Source: a virus. Taken from it: a DNA stretch of 64,000 bases. Both the position numbers and the translations under genes were made by a program. Of this stretch, positions 19,908-29,785 are shown piece after piece. The DNA lies in the UHGV virus genome UHGV-0105148, one strand, 5' to 3'. Position 1 is the first letter of the stretch; each line of letters begins with the position of its first letter. The notes under the pieces were generated by a model. The model did no database searches. It was not told the origin of the DNA and worked only from the letters and a program-made list of their open reading frames with translations.

Positions 19908-21390
19908 TATTTTTCAAAAAAAATCATAAAAAATTTTTGTAGATATTTTTTGTATATCTACATATTAGATCAATTTTATATATATATTTTGAAGGCCAAC
20001 AAAGCGCCTATTGAAAAATCGCCATTGTAGCCAGGGTGTGGGCTTCTTTTGGCCTGAATAGAAATTTTCATTTTGTAGATACCTTCAATGGAGAGGCCTT
20101 GTGGATTTCAGGATTATAGGTTCTAAGGCCTTTATATCCATTTATTCCTTTAAATGGTCAATCAAATATTTATTCCCTTTCCCTGCATTTTATTTTCCCT
20201 TTAAGTGTATCAAAGAGTATTCTCTAGTAAAATATATTTATCTTTATAAGAATTTTATTTACTTAGAATTTAAAACCTCTAGAATGGTCTTATTTTAATA
20301 TACTGAAACCTAAATTTATAAAATCCCAGTTTTCAAGCGTTTTTAAGCGATTTAGGATTTTAAGCCCTTTAATCCAAAATCTTCTTCAAGCGAAATATCC
20401 AAATATAGGCCTATTTTTAATTTTAAGGCATCTCTAGAGGATTTATATCCCTTGGTTTATAATTTCCCTACCTTATATTTCTTAAGGTTCTAGGAAAGGT
20501 AATTTTGGATTGGGATTTTAAATTTTCCCCTTGGTCTAAAAATCCAAATTTTTTCCAAGGGTTAAAATTGCCCTAAAAATCCCAAAAATTTTAAAAATTG
20601 AAAAAGCTCAAAAGTGATGAGTTTTCAAGAGTTAATTTTTAAATTTTAAAATCTCGAAAAACCCATGTTTGAGATAGAGTTTTGAAAGTATAAATTTTTA
20701 TTAAAATCCTTAAAAGTTAAAAACTTAGTTTTAATATGTTTAAGATAGTGTAGATGAGCCTTTTTGAACTTTTAGATAAATGTAAATCTGAGGAGTCCCT
20801 GTTTGTTGAGATGTTTTGAAAAATTTAATTTTGTCCACTATCAGTTTACAATATAGTCAATATAAGTTTAGATACACTTTGTTCAAAAATGAGTTAATTT
20901 TAATCAACTTTTTATATAGGCTGTGGAAAAATAGGGGTAAAAGTGAATACGTGTATTATAGCTCTATTACAAAGATATCATTTTGTCTATTTAGAACTTT
21001 TTATTAAAATGTCAACTCCTTTCTCATATATCTACAACTATATCCATATAGCTCAATAGATGAGATTTTAACTTTATCAAAAAAGCCCTAAATTTTTAGA
21101 GTAAAAAAGCCTGAGAAACCCTGTGGAACTATGGTACAGAAGGGCTGGAAATAGGAATACTTGCGGTAGTTATCTGGAACTATATCTGAGTATTGATATA
21201 TGTTTGATAGTATATTGTACTGAAATTGAATATTATCCTTTTATTTTAGAATATACTTTTGTTGTTATGATTAATAGAACTAATGATAATATAGATTGTA
21301 TATAATGTTCATGTATTATATTATACATTGTGTATGATAATTGTAACATTAATAAAATTAATAATACTGGTTTCATTATTTGTTTGTTTT

Positions 21391-21609
21391 TTATATCCAT
21401 TCAGGTAATGTATGGAAAGGTGGTTTATTAGTTGTGTGAAATTTTAAGTATTCTATTATTGGATTCAGTTCTTTATTGATTTCTTTTGTTAATTTGAAGA
21501 GAGCTATCCTAGATTTGTGATCCTTGTTTTTTACTGTAGTGGTTTCTAGAATAACTTTTATATTATTGAGATTTGTGATCACATCCTGTATATTATCTAT
21601 TTCTTTCAT
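21391..21609 (-). CDS. Hypothetical protein
   Basis: 72-aa ORF in the minus-strand run. Confidence 0.55.
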   Translation of the reverse strand: MKEIDNIQDVITNLNNIKVILETTTVKNKDHKSRIALFKLTKEINKELNPIIEYLKFHTTNKPPFHTLPEWI

Positions 21610-21652
21610 TATTTCTTAGTTTTTTAGTGGTTTAATAAGAAGTCTATTGATT

Positions 21653-21940
21653 TTATGATAGTTCTATTTCTATTACTTTGAATAGATATTTTAGTTGAGC
21701 TGAATTTTCAGTTTTTTCTGCTATTTTGATTACTTTCTTTATATAATCAGTTTTGTTATTAACCATTGCTACTTGCATTTCTAAGCTGTCTAGTTTTTGG
21801 GACATAAGCATCACTATATTTGAGATTGCTGTTCCATTACTAGTGATTAACTCATCCTTGTTATTATTACTGGTTATTATAATGAGTTTACTGATTATGT
21901 GATCTAATTCATTTTTTAGTTCTTTAATTTTATCTTCCAT
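21653..21940 (-). CDS. Hypothetical coiled-coil protein
   Basis: Packed ORF. Confidence 0.6.
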   Translation of the reverse strand: MEDKIKELKNELDHIISKLIIITSNNNKDELITSNGTAISNIVMLMSQKLDSLEMQVAMVNNKTDYIKKVIKIAEKTENSAQLKYLFKVIEIELS

Positions 21941-21944
21941 GGCT

Positions 21945-22196
21945 TTAATTATTTACAAGGAATTTCAAAATGGTAATACCTATAGCGATGATAAAAGCTG
22001 CTTGAAAGAATGTTACTATAGCTGACCTGATATCTTGACTCTTTTCATAGTATTTATTTAAAAGTTGATAATGTTGTTTTGCTAGTACATCTAATTCATT
22101 TATAAATTCCTTGGGAGGTTCTTTCATTTGATTGACATATTTGAGAAGAATGTCCATTTGGACCTGGGTTTCTTTGATTTTCTTTTTGTAATTCAT
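21945..22196 (-). CDS. Hypothetical protein with C-terminal TM
   Basis: Packed ORF. Confidence 0.6.
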   Translation of the reverse strand: MNYKKKIKETQVQMDILLKYVNQMKEPPKEFINELDVLAKQHYQLLNKYYEKSQDIRSAIVTFFQAAFIIAIGITILKFLVNN

Positions 22197-22425
22197 TTTT
22201 AAGCTTTTTTAAGGTTTCTAGAGCAAGTTTAGACTTAATTGCATATTGTTTATGGATATTTGATTCTAGGAGATATATTTCCATTCCAATTTGATATCTG
22301 TGATACCTGTCTACCCATTCTAATAAATGATTATATTGATTGGTAGATATTTGGATTGGAATATCATCTATTAGAAGTGTCACCAATGATTCTTTCTGCA
22401 CTATAGAAACAGGCTTTAATTCCAT
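22096..22425 (-). CDS. Hypothetical protein
   Basis: ORF overlapping both neighbours. Confidence 0.5.
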   Translation of the reverse strand: MELKPVSIVQKESLVTLLIDDIPIQISTNQYNHLLEWVDRYHRYQIGMEIYLLESNIHKQYAIKSKLALETLKKLKNELQKENQRNPGPNGHSSQICQSNERTSQGIYK

Positions 22426-22552
22426 TATCTGTATCTTCTTTTTTGATTAGAAGGATAGCATAAAATTTACTAGAAGCCTGGATTCTAGTTTCTATATATT
22501 TACCTTCATTTGGTAAATAACGTTTAACTAAAAATCTGATTAATCGTTTCAT
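22364..22552 (-). CDS. Hypothetical protein
   Basis: ATGA overlap with the upstream gene. Confidence 0.5.
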   Translation of the reverse strand: MKRLIRFLVKRYLPNEGKYIETRIQASSKFYAILLIKKEDTDNGIKACFYSAERIIGDTSNR

Positions 22553-22755
22553 AATGTTGATTTGAAGGTTGGAATATTGGGATATTTACCTACTCTAAGC
22601 AACATATCTAGATATCTAAAATATTTATCTCTGGCATTGGCCAATTCTCTTAATGAACTGTAACTTTGGATAGTTCCTTGATGCAAGTTTACTAGCTCAG
22701 TATAATTGTGATCAGGAATCTCAACTAGAGTTTCATCAATCTTAATTATTTTCAT
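22549..22755 (-). CDS. Hypothetical protein
   Basis: ATGA overlaps. Confidence 0.55.
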   Translation of the reverse strand: MKIIKIDETLVEIPDHNYTELVNLHQGTIQSYSSLRELANARDKYFRYLDMLLRVGKYPNIPTFKSTL

Positions 22756-23045
22756 GGTTCAATGTATTTAATTCTATGTACAACCCCGTTTTTGTCAATT
22801 ATTATTCTTTCCCTAATAATTAGTTCTTCTTGTTCAGTTATGGTATTGGATTTATTGGTATACCCTGGTACTTTAACTGTGGAATCATAATCTGGAGGGA
22901 ATTTAATATAGGCATGATCTGGCATTGGAGTAGACATTTTATGAGTTGGTGTCCAGTCTACTGGTTCTTTCTTATGGCACTTATTATATACAATTGCAAT
23001 AAGTAAGATTATTAGTATTTGATATGAATAATGTGGTATTTTCAT
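22752..23045 (-). CDS. Membrane-anchored hypothetical protein
   Basis: N-terminal hydrophobic segment; directly downstream of a promoter. Confidence 0.65.
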   Translation of the reverse strand: MKIPHYSYQILIILLIAIVYNKCHKKEPVDWTPTHKMSTPMPDHAYIKFPPDYDSTVKVPGYTNKSNTITEQEELIIRERIIIDKNGVVHRIKYIEP

Positions 23046-23062
23046 TGTTTTTTAGTTTTAAT

Positions 23063-23094
23063 CAAATATAATAAAAACTTATTGCAATTGCAAA
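23063..23094 (-). promoter_or_regulatory. Bacteroidota-type promoter
   Basis: TTTG-N20-TATATTTG. Confidence 0.8.
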
Positions 23095-23197
23095 TTTATT
23101 TACTAAAGTATACTTCTGATGATAAAATAGATAGCTGCTAATACTGGTATTACTTTAGTAAGTTTATCCAGGGCTTTAATATCCTTTGACATAATCT

Positions 23198-23566
23198 TTA
23201 ATTTAACCGGTTTAACATGCTTTTAATTGTGGGTTCTCCATTTTCTCCTTCTATTACGTTGCAGAGCAAATGTTTGGTAAACTTATAGATCATATCATTA
23301 CTGAGCTTATGTATCAATTCTATATTGGCTTCTTTACTAGAAATACTATCCAATAATCTATATTCATTGAATATATCTCTCCAGCTATAACCTTGGTTTT
23401 CTACTATCTCATCTTTTATATATCCAATGATATTATCCAGATATTTTTCCCTGTTTTCACCTGGGTTATAATCTGCTATATGAGATAATTCTTTGAGTCT
23501 TTCGATTTCCAATCTATTAAGTATACCTTTGATAGTTTCAGTGACATATACTTCCCAGTTGTTCAT
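23198..23566 (-). CDS. Hypothetical protein
   Basis: 122-aa ORF. Confidence 0.65.
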   Translation of the reverse strand: MNNWEVYVTETIKGILNRLEIERLKELSHIADYNPGENREKYLDNIIGYIKDEIVENQGYSWRDIFNEYRLLDSISSKEANIELIHKLSNDMIYKFTKHLLCNVIEGENGEPTIKSMLNRLN

Positions 23567-23584
23567 AATCTTTAGCTTTTAAGT

Positions 23585-23749
23585 TTACAAACTTACATAT
23601 TCATTAAAATCAATTTCTACTGATTCAGGGTTAATATCATGGAACAGACTGTTAAGATAGAACTCTTTACCAGTATCTGCATGAAAGAATTGGATTTCTA
23701 CATTATCATCAATTCCCTCTAAAAATTTTTTTAATTCCCCTACTTTCAT
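23585..23749 (-). CDS. Small acidic protein (54 aa, not in the ORF track)
   Basis: MKVGELKKFLEGIDDNVEIQFF...; fills a gap downstream of a promoter. Confidence 0.65.
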   Translation of the reverse strand: MKVGELKKFLEGIDDNVEIQFFHADTGKEFYLNSLFHDINPESVEIDFNEYVSL

Positions 23750-23851
23750 AACTTTCAAATTTTAAGATTAATAACTAAATTTTATTTGCATTTAATTGCT
23801 ATTTTTAAGCAATTTTAAAGCATTAAAATTTTTTAGTGCATTTCTTTATTA

Positions 23852-23882
23852 CAAAAATAATAAATCTTTATTTAAATGCAAA
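23852..23882 (-). promoter_or_regulatory. Bacteroidota-type promoter
   Basis: TTTG-N19-TATTTTTG. Confidence 0.6.
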
Positions 23883-24000
23883 ATTAAATACTTGGGTTAT
23901 CCAGTATGTATTGCCTTATTGGCTGTTTTTGGGTATTTTCTAGAAATTTTCTTATAATGGGCTAAGGGTTTTATTATCTTAATTAAATTAAAGCTCTAGA

Positions 24001-24035
24001 AAAAGGGGATAATCCTTACAATAAGAACTATCCCC
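24001..24035 (-). terminator. Intrinsic terminator
   Basis: GGGGATA/TATCCCC stem plus T-run. Confidence 0.6.
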
Positions 24036-24061
24036 AGAAAGCAAATGAAAGTTATGAGAAA

Positions 24062-24397
24062 TTATGAGAATGGGATTGTAATTGTGGTATTTGTACTTGT
24101 AATTGAATTTCTATTAACTGGAATCCCATGTCTATCCATCTTAATGCAAATATAATGTATAGCTTTATTCAATGGGATTTCTGGTTCTGGTCTTATCTTT
24201 TCTATTTGAAATGTAATTGTTCCAGTTAAATCCTGCGACATATTTAATTTCTTAACCCTTAAAGAGGTTTTCATTGAGATCTCTGCAATTAAGTCTCCAA
24301 ATCCTTCTTTCCAGTATCTCAATATTTCATCCCTATTTGGAATCTCTTTTGAAATACCTCTTTTGTAAACCTTATAGATACTATCTTTTGAATACAT
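24062..24397 (-). CDS. Hypothetical protein
   Basis: 111-aa ORF. Confidence 0.6.
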   Translation of the reverse strand: MYSKDSIYKVYKRGISKEIPNRDEILRYWKEGFGDLIAEISMKTSLRVKKLNMSQDLTGTITFQIEKIRPEPEIPLNKAIHYICIKMDRHGIPVNRNSITSTNTTITIPFS

Positions 24398-24428
24398 TGT
24401 ACAGGGTATTATTAGCGGTTAATACATA

Positions 24429-25031
24429 TTATTCCATTGTGGCCAGGTTGATCTGTTTTATTGTATTCTCTTCCCAGTATTTCATACCCTCTTCTTTTCT
24501 ATTATTTACCAATAAATACCTGATAAGAGAATCTATATCATCTATCCAGATTTTTATTTCTTTTTGTCCTATAGGTTTACCATTCCATATTGAAAACATA
24601 AGCTGGATAGCTAGCTTTCTAAATCCCATAGCCATGATATGTTCATTAAGATTATTTTCCTTAAAGAAACCATCATAGCTCATTTTATCATATACACCCT
24701 CAAAGATATCACATAATGTGGTAGGAAATTGTACCCATGATAACTTAGATAACGTATAACCATTGCTAAAGGATTCTCTAAGCATAATAATAAATTCAGG
24801 GATGGTTATCCTATCATTTTCCAAAGCTTTTCTAAACAGTTTATACAATAGGAGGTATTCTCCATAGATATCATATAACCAGGGTTTTAACTTATAATAA
24901 GCCCAGGCATATTCAAACATTTCATAGTGATATCCACCTTTCATACTTAGGTTAATAATATGTTTCTCCAGATAATCACTATTTATAATGATTTTACCTG
25001 AAAACTTGGATTTTACAATGAGCTCCTTCAT
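24429..25031 (-). CDS. Hypothetical protein
   Basis: 200-aa ORF, ATGA overlap. Confidence 0.7.
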   Translation of the reverse strand: MKELIVKSKFSGKIIINSDYLEKHIINLSMKGGYHYEMFEYAWAYYKLKPWLYDIYGEYLLLYKLFRKALENDRITIPEFIIMLRESFSNGYTLSKLSWVQFPTTLCDIFEGVYDKMSYDGFFKENNLNEHIMAMGFRKLAIQLMFSIWNGKPIGQKEIKIWIDDIDSLIRYLLVNNRKEEGMKYWEENTIKQINLATME

Positions 25032-25669
25032 AATTCAATATGGGTATTATTATGTTTAAGTAATACAAAGTAATTCTCTAAATCTATGTGTTCAGTATTT
25101 TTACTATAACTATGTTCCTCTATATTATATTCCCCCTTTTCTAACCCTAATGTGTGGATAGTAAGATGATCTTCTTTACTATCATCATAAGTTATATGAG
25201 TAACCACTCCTAACTTTCTTGACCCATCTAAATTGTCCCAATATGAATGTAAATGTCCAGGTTGCACTATACTTGGTTTCTTATATAACATGAGTACATT
25301 TAGATCCTTTTCCCATCTAACCATTACATCAAAGGTAGGAGTATTACCCTTATCATGATATATATCTATAAAATTCCCATGCCACCTTCCATATACATCT
25401 TGAATTTCAATATATGGAAAACAGGAATTAAATGAGACTACAATCTCTCCTTTGCATATAAACCAAGGTTCTACTTTATTTGATTGAATAATATCACTCC
25501 TACCTGGTATTCTAGTAGTCCCACTTTTACTCATCTTATAACCAAGTGGATAGATATAAAAATCAAATTTTGTTTTAATTCTTACATTACAACCCAATTC
25601 ATTAATAAGGTAACAAATATCCTCAGCTGCTTCTCTAGCCGTAAGTCTTTTACCTGGTCTCATCTTCAA
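25028..25669 (-). CDS. Hypothetical protein
   Basis: 213-aa ORF. Confidence 0.7.
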   Translation of the reverse strand: MKMRPGKRLTAREAAEDICYLINELGCNVRIKTKFDFYIYPLGYKMSKSGTTRIPGRSDIIQSNKVEPWFICKGEIVVSFNSCFPYIEIQDVYGRWHGNFIDIYHDKGNTPTFDVMVRWEKDLNVLMLYKKPSIVQPGHLHSYWDNLDGSRKLGVVTHITYDDSKEDHLTIHTLGLEKGEYNIEEHSYSKNTEHIDLENYFVLLKHNNTHIEL

Positions 25670-25913
25670 ATGATTTTAACATAATTAATATATAGTTTAC
25701 TAGATATGCTTTATCTGATTTCTTAAGTCTTTGATCACCAATTACCCTATTAGAGATTGACATTGCATTATCAAAATAACTTATTTCTTCATTGGTATCC
25801 ATATTTTGAATTTCTATCTCATAGTCTTCCATGATAGATTCTTTGGTTTGAATACCTAAGCAAGTACACCCACTTAAAAGAATACTTACTAAAATTATAT
25901 TACATTTCCTCAT
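25650..25913 (-). CDS. Putative lipoprotein
   Basis: ATG at 25913 gives MRKCNIILVSILLSGC with a lipobox LSGC. Confidence 0.55.
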   Translation of the reverse strand: MRKCNIILVSILLSGCTCLGIQTKESIMEDYEIEIQNMDTNEEISYFDNAMSISNRVIGDQRLKKSDKAYLVNYILIMLKSFEDETR

Positions 25914-26061
25914 ATTCTCCAATTTCAATATTTACATCATCAGTACCCGGTATGTTTTCAATACTTTGGATAAAGTATTCATTGGGACCATCCCAAAATC
26001 TTACTTCCAAATTACTACCATCCATACTTTCTAAAGCCTCTATTAATTCCTTTACAGTCAT
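25900..26061 (-). CDS. Small acidic protein (53 aa, not in the ORF track)
   Basis: MTVKELIEALESMDGSNLEVRFW...; similar to 23585-23749. Confidence 0.65.
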   Translation of the reverse strand: MTVKELIEALESMDGSNLEVRFWDGPNEYFIQSIENIPGTDDVNIEIGEYEEM

Positions 26062-26067
26062 GATATT

Positions 26068-26358
26068 TTAATTTTTAGGGGTTAACTTTATAATTTGTGC
26101 TACTTTCAATTCTCCATAATATCCTCTATATTCCAACTCTTTAATGAGTTGACCAGGAGTAAATCCAGCTAATTCTGGATAAAAACCTTTAACTTTGATT
26201 AACTCTGGTTGTTTTTTTTTCTTTGATTCTTTAGCTTTTTCAAGACAGAGTTTACAAATTACCCCATGATTATCTTTGGTTCTTTTATCTATAGGAAAGT
26301 CATCAATAGGTCTTTCTATATTGCAGAGTTTGCAAATTTTAGTTTTGTTATCTTCCAT
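26068..26358 (-). CDS. Zinc-finger protein
   Basis: CKLC...CKLC plus C-terminal LIKELEYRGYYGEL. Confidence 0.7.
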   Translation of the reverse strand: MEDNKTKICKLCNIERPIDDFPIDKRTKDNHGVICKLCLEKAKESKKKKQPELIKVKGFYPELAGFTPGQLIKELEYRGYYGELKVAQIIKLTPKN

Positions 26359-26398
26359 GGTATCTTTAGTTTTGGGTTTTTATTTTTATTTCTTTATA

Positions 26399-26430
26399 CA
26401 AATATAAATCTAAATTTAATAAAATGCAAA
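26399..26430 (-). promoter_or_regulatory. Bacteroidota-type promoter
   Basis: TTTG-N20-TATATTTG. Confidence 0.8.
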
Positions 26431-26441
26431 TATATTAAAAT

Positions 26442-26483
26442 AAAAAAGGTGGGTAATCCCTATGTTTGAAGGGGTTCCCACCT
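26442..26483 (-). terminator. Intrinsic terminator
   Basis: AGGTGGG/CCCACCT stem plus T-run. Confidence 0.7.
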
Positions 26484-26509
26484 GAGTTTTGAAAGTTATG
26501 TGTATTTAA

Positions 26510-27346
26510 TTATCCTGGATATATAGCTAATTCTGGATCTTCTGAATCTCTATCTATCTTGAGTTCTATTTCTCTTCTTATTTCATGATGATCTTCTTCA
26601 AACTTATTTAATACTCCTTTATAATCATCTGCAATAAGTTTTAATTCCCCAGAATTAAGGGTTAAACCCTCTCTACTAGTATCTATTCCTTGTTGTTTAG
26701 TAGCAACTACTTCAGGAAATTCTTCAACCTCATAAGTAGCTTCTATATACTGAAGTTCCTTGCTTTTGTCTATAGTTTTAGCATTTTCTTGTTCTACTAT
26801 TTCTATAGCTTCTTCTACTGATATCCCACCCGTATTATTTTGTTGGTTGAATTGGTTGAATATATTAACTGATCCACTTCCCGATAAACTTCTTAACAAT
26901 GATTGGAGATTAGTAGTAGTATTTAACTTAAGACCTAATGCTTTATTCAATTCAGAAGTGACAAATGGAGTATAATGATCCCCTTGAGATTTTCTCAATG
27001 AATTTACCTGAGAAGCAACTTCCATCCTATCTTCCAATAACCAGGATAGTTGTTGACCCATTATAGCATCCATTAGTTGTTCCTGATTAGCTCTGTCCCA
27101 AATTTTAGTATTGAGCATCTGATCTCTCATGTGAATCCTGATTCTATCTGGATCACACTTTAAAAAGTTACCTAATTCCATGATAGAATAATGTTTTCCA
27201 CAAATGTTCCCATTGGATATTAACCATTGTTGGATATAATATGATTGTAATCTATCAAGTATGGCTGGGTCTTTACTAGTTTTATAATCTTTCATTAATT
27301 GAGTTACCCCTAATGGTCTGGGAAACCTAGTTTTCTGCTTTTCCAT
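26510..27346 (-). CDS. Helical DNA-binding-like protein, possibly terminase small subunit
   Basis: HTH-like SIMELGNFLKCDPDRIR, helical core and VNIFNQFNQQNN low-complexity strand; function uncertain. Confidence 0.4.
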   Translation of the reverse strand: MEKQKTRFPRPLGVTQLMKDYKTSKDPAILDRLQSYYIQQWLISNGNICGKHYSIMELGNFLKCDPDRIRIHMRDQMLNTKIWDRANQEQLMDAIMGQQLSWLLEDRMEVASQVNSLRKSQGDHYTPFVTSELNKALGLKLNTTTNLQSLLRSLSGSGSVNIFNQFNQQNNTGGISVEEAIEIVEQENAKTIDKSKELQYIEATYEVEEFPEVVATKQQGIDTSREGLTLNSGELKLIADDYKGVLNKFEEDHHEIRREIELKIDRDSEDPELAIYPG

Positions 27347-27394
27347 AATTTTAACGGATTTATTACTAATATAGCCTTATTCTAGTGAATCATA

Positions 27395-27433
27395 CAAAAA
27401 TAGGGGTTAAAATCTATGTTCTAACCCCTATTA
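27395..27433 (-). terminator. Intrinsic terminator
   Basis: AATAGGGGTTA/TAACCCCTATT stem plus T-run. Confidence 0.75.
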
Positions 27434-27443
27434 ATTTTATCTC

Positions 27444-27683
27444 TTAAAAGTCCAGGTTGACTAAGAAAATAGTTCCTATCATACTTAAGGATTTTTCTTT
27501 GATATATCTTTCAAATTTTAAATGAGTTAAGAGAGATGAAATATCCTGATATAAATTACTATCCTTTTCAACATTATCCACCCTTAGACTTAAGCAGTTT
27601 CTATGAACTTTTAAGGTATAACTACTGAACTCTTCCTTGTGGTTAGTTAAAAGTTCCAATAATTTTTCTATGGATTTTTGCAT
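27444..27683 (-). CDS. Hypothetical protein
   Basis: Packed ORF. Confidence 0.6.
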   Translation of the reverse strand: MQKSIEKLLELLTNHKEEFSSYTLKVHRNCLSLRVDNVEKDSNLYQDISSLLTHLKFERYIKEKSLSMIGTIFLVNLDF

Positions 27684-27698
27684 AATGGGCAGTCGGTT

Positions 27699-28097
27699 TT
27701 AGTCTTGTGTTAAATGGTTTATTACTTTTTTACCCTTTTCATCCACCTTATTTTCTAAATATTTTTCCCTTTTAGCAACTATAGCTGCATGCTCTTCAGG
27801 AAAATATTTTTCTCTAGCTGGAATTACTACACTTGCATAGAATGCTGAAAAGAGTTCCGGGGTAAAAGGTTTTCCAACTTTCTTATTGGAGATACTCCAG
27901 AATTTAGTCTGCATTTCTTTTACCAATTCTTGAAATACCTTGAAAGGAAAGTCCATACCTTTATTTACCCTTGCAATATGGATTAATTCAAGCCTATCTA
28001 GAAATTCTTTACCTAATGCCTTTATAAATTCTTCCCTGTTAAATTCATAATTCTCTAGATCAAGCTTAAAAGTTTTAATATACTCTTTCGTTTTCAT
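27699..28097 (-). CDS. Hypothetical protein
   Basis: 132-aa ORF. Confidence 0.7.
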   Translation of the reverse strand: MKTKEYIKTFKLDLENYEFNREEFIKALGKEFLDRLELIHIARVNKGMDFPFKVFQELVKEMQTKFWSISNKKVGKPFTPELFSAFYASVVIPAREKYFPEEHAAIVAKREKYLENKVDEKGKKVINHLTQD

Positions 28098-28101
28098 AGT
28101 T

Positions 28102-28467
28102 TTAAATTATTTGAAAATAATACCCATATTCATTGTCTTCAAAGTAAGAGATAAACTTAACATTATCAAATCTTAACTTTGCTTTTTCCTCATTAGATAT
28201 GTTTTTCTTAAACCCAGTTACAAATAGTCTATCAGTACCATTGTCATTTATAATGAATTTAACCTTGTTAAACTTGTTTTCTTGGATGAAATATCCTGAG
28301 CAACCATAATCTGGTCCATATATACCAGCATTACCCAATTTGTAGAACCAATCATAGACCAGGTAATTTAGAGATATTTCTATATCCATTCTACTACCAC
28401 CAAGGGTAATACCAAATACAATGTTTGCTTTATCTAGAGTTAGTGTTTTTACTTTTTCTGAATACAT
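28102..28467 (-). CDS. Hypothetical protein
   Basis: 121-aa ORF. Confidence 0.65.
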   Translation of the reverse strand: MYSEKVKTLTLDKANIVFGITLGGSRMDIEISLNYLVYDWFYKLGNAGIYGPDYGCSGYFIQENKFNKVKFIINDNGTDRLFVTGFKKNISNEEKAKLRFDNVKFISYFEDNEYGYYFQII

Positions 28468-28715
28468 TGGAAGTAATTTTTAATATCGTTCAACCTGTCA
28501 GTGATTAGTGCATATACAAATAATTTTATTGGTCTATGAAAGTATTCTCTGATATTCTTTTCATTGATATACATATCATAGATTACAAAGAATTTCTTTT
28601 GCTTACTATGTTTGAGTGCTCTTTGAGTAAGATAAGTAGTTATGCACCTTTTATGTAATTCTAACAATTCCCTGTTTGCTTTTAGAATTACTTTTTTTGA
28701 TAATCCCACATACAT
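28449..28715 (-). CDS. Hypothetical protein
   Basis: Packed ORF. Confidence 0.6.
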   Translation of the reverse strand: MYVGLSKKVILKANRELLELHKRCITTYLTQRALKHSKQKKFFVIYDMYINEKNIREYFHRPIKLFVYALITDRLNDIKNYFQCIQKK

Positions 28716-28745
28716 ATTCTCTCATATTGCTTTAAATTGATTAGT

Positions 28746-28777
28746 AATAAAGTAAGGGGAATTTGATTTCCCCTTAC
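28746..28777 (-). terminator. Intrinsic terminator
   Basis: GTAAGGGGAA/TTCCCCTTAC perfect 10-bp stem. Confidence 0.75.
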
Positions 28778-28798
28778 CTAACAGGATATGAGAGAAGT

Positions 28799-29212
28799 TT
28801 ATGCAGATTTTACATTGGCCTTTTTGAACTTAAGATATTCTTTTTCTTTTGCCTTGAACTCTTTGGATTGCTTATCTTCGATTCTAAGCATTTCCAATTC
28901 CAATCGATTGAGTTGATTTCTTACCTGTTGACGGTGTTTCTTTCTTGAAAGAGTGTCCTGGCAATCTGCAGGGTAAATATATTTTACTTCTCGTTTGGTA
29001 ATAACTTCTTCTACCAAATTTACCTCTGCTTGTTTCTTAACTTTACTAACTACCTTTTCTTTTGCAGTTTTAGGTTTTACAACCTTCTTAACTTTGATAG
29101 TCTTAGTCTCTTTGGCCTCTTCTTTAGGTTGAGCATTTACCTGGGCCTGGTTTTCAGTCTTTTCAACTTTTACTTCCTGGAAGTTTTGGTTGTTTTGTTT
29201 TTGGGTTTTCAT
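28799..29212 (-). CDS. Lys/Glu-rich basic protein
   Basis: Monocistronic unit with its own promoter and terminator; KYIYP..SRKKHRQQVR motif. Confidence 0.75.
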   Translation of the reverse strand: MKTQKQNNQNFQEVKVEKTENQAQVNAQPKEEAKETKTIKVKKVVKPKTAKEKVVSKVKKQAEVNLVEEVITKREVKYIYPADCQDTLSRKKHRQQVRNQLNRLELEMLRIEDKQSKEFKAKEKEYLKFKKANVKSA

Positions 29213-29271
29213 AATATAAAAGGTTTTAAGGTTAATTAATATTAATTATTATTTGTTCTTATTTCTTAATG

Positions 29272-29303
29272 CAAATATAAATTAAAAAATATCTATTTGC
29301 AAA
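29272..29303 (-). promoter_or_regulatory. Bacteroidota-type promoter
   Basis: TTTG-N20-TATATTTG. Confidence 0.8.
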
Positions 29304-29580
29304 TTTTTTCTTTTAATTCTTCAGGGAGTATGAACTTGATAGCTTCTAAGTGTTCTTTTGGTGTAATTTCACGTACTTCAGTTTTTCCATCCCCATTAGT
29401 TTCATAGGTTGGAAATATATCTGGAGTAAGTTTTCTCATGATTCTTGTTGCTACAATGGATTGAATACCATGTATTTCATGTCTAACTTCGTTTGCTTCA
29501 TCTGGATGAGTAAATCCAGCTTCTACAAATTCATTCCAAAGTTGTTGAGTAATAACTAATAATTGAAGCTCTCTATTCAT
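29293..29580 (-). CDS. Hypothetical protein
   Basis: 95 aa with HPDE...IHGIQSIVA motif. Confidence 0.65.
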   Translation of the reverse strand: MNRELQLLVITQQLWNEFVEAGFTHPDEANEVRHEIHGIQSIVATRIMRKLTPDIFPTYETNGDGKTEVREITPKEHLEAIKFILPEELKEKICK

Positions 29581-29785
29581 TTCTCAAAGATTTTAAGGTT
29601 TTTCTAAAAGTTTTCATATACCAACATTTTCCATTGCATTCTTCCTCACCAGCTCCACAGATTACTGGTTTAGAAGATAACCCATAATCATGTTGTCTTT
29701 TTTCTTGGATATGCCAATAAGGGCAACATTTTTTATGAGCTTCTAGAACTTCTTTTTTACTATAAAGAATATCTTTAGCTTTCAT
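29573..29785 (-). CDS. Small Cys-rich protein
   Basis: CCPY...C...CNGKCWY. Confidence 0.6.
   Translation of the reverse strand: MKAKDILYSKKEVLEAHKKCCPYWHIQEKRQHDYGLSSKPVICGAGEEECNGKCWYMKTFRKTLKSLRNE

Noticed and set aside
19780..21390. CRISPR array, or the short plus-strand ORFs 20101, 20816 and 21123
   Set aside because: No regularly spaced identical repeats. The ORFs have GTG/TTG starts and low-complexity F/I/Y/K composition expected from AT-rich non-coding DNA.
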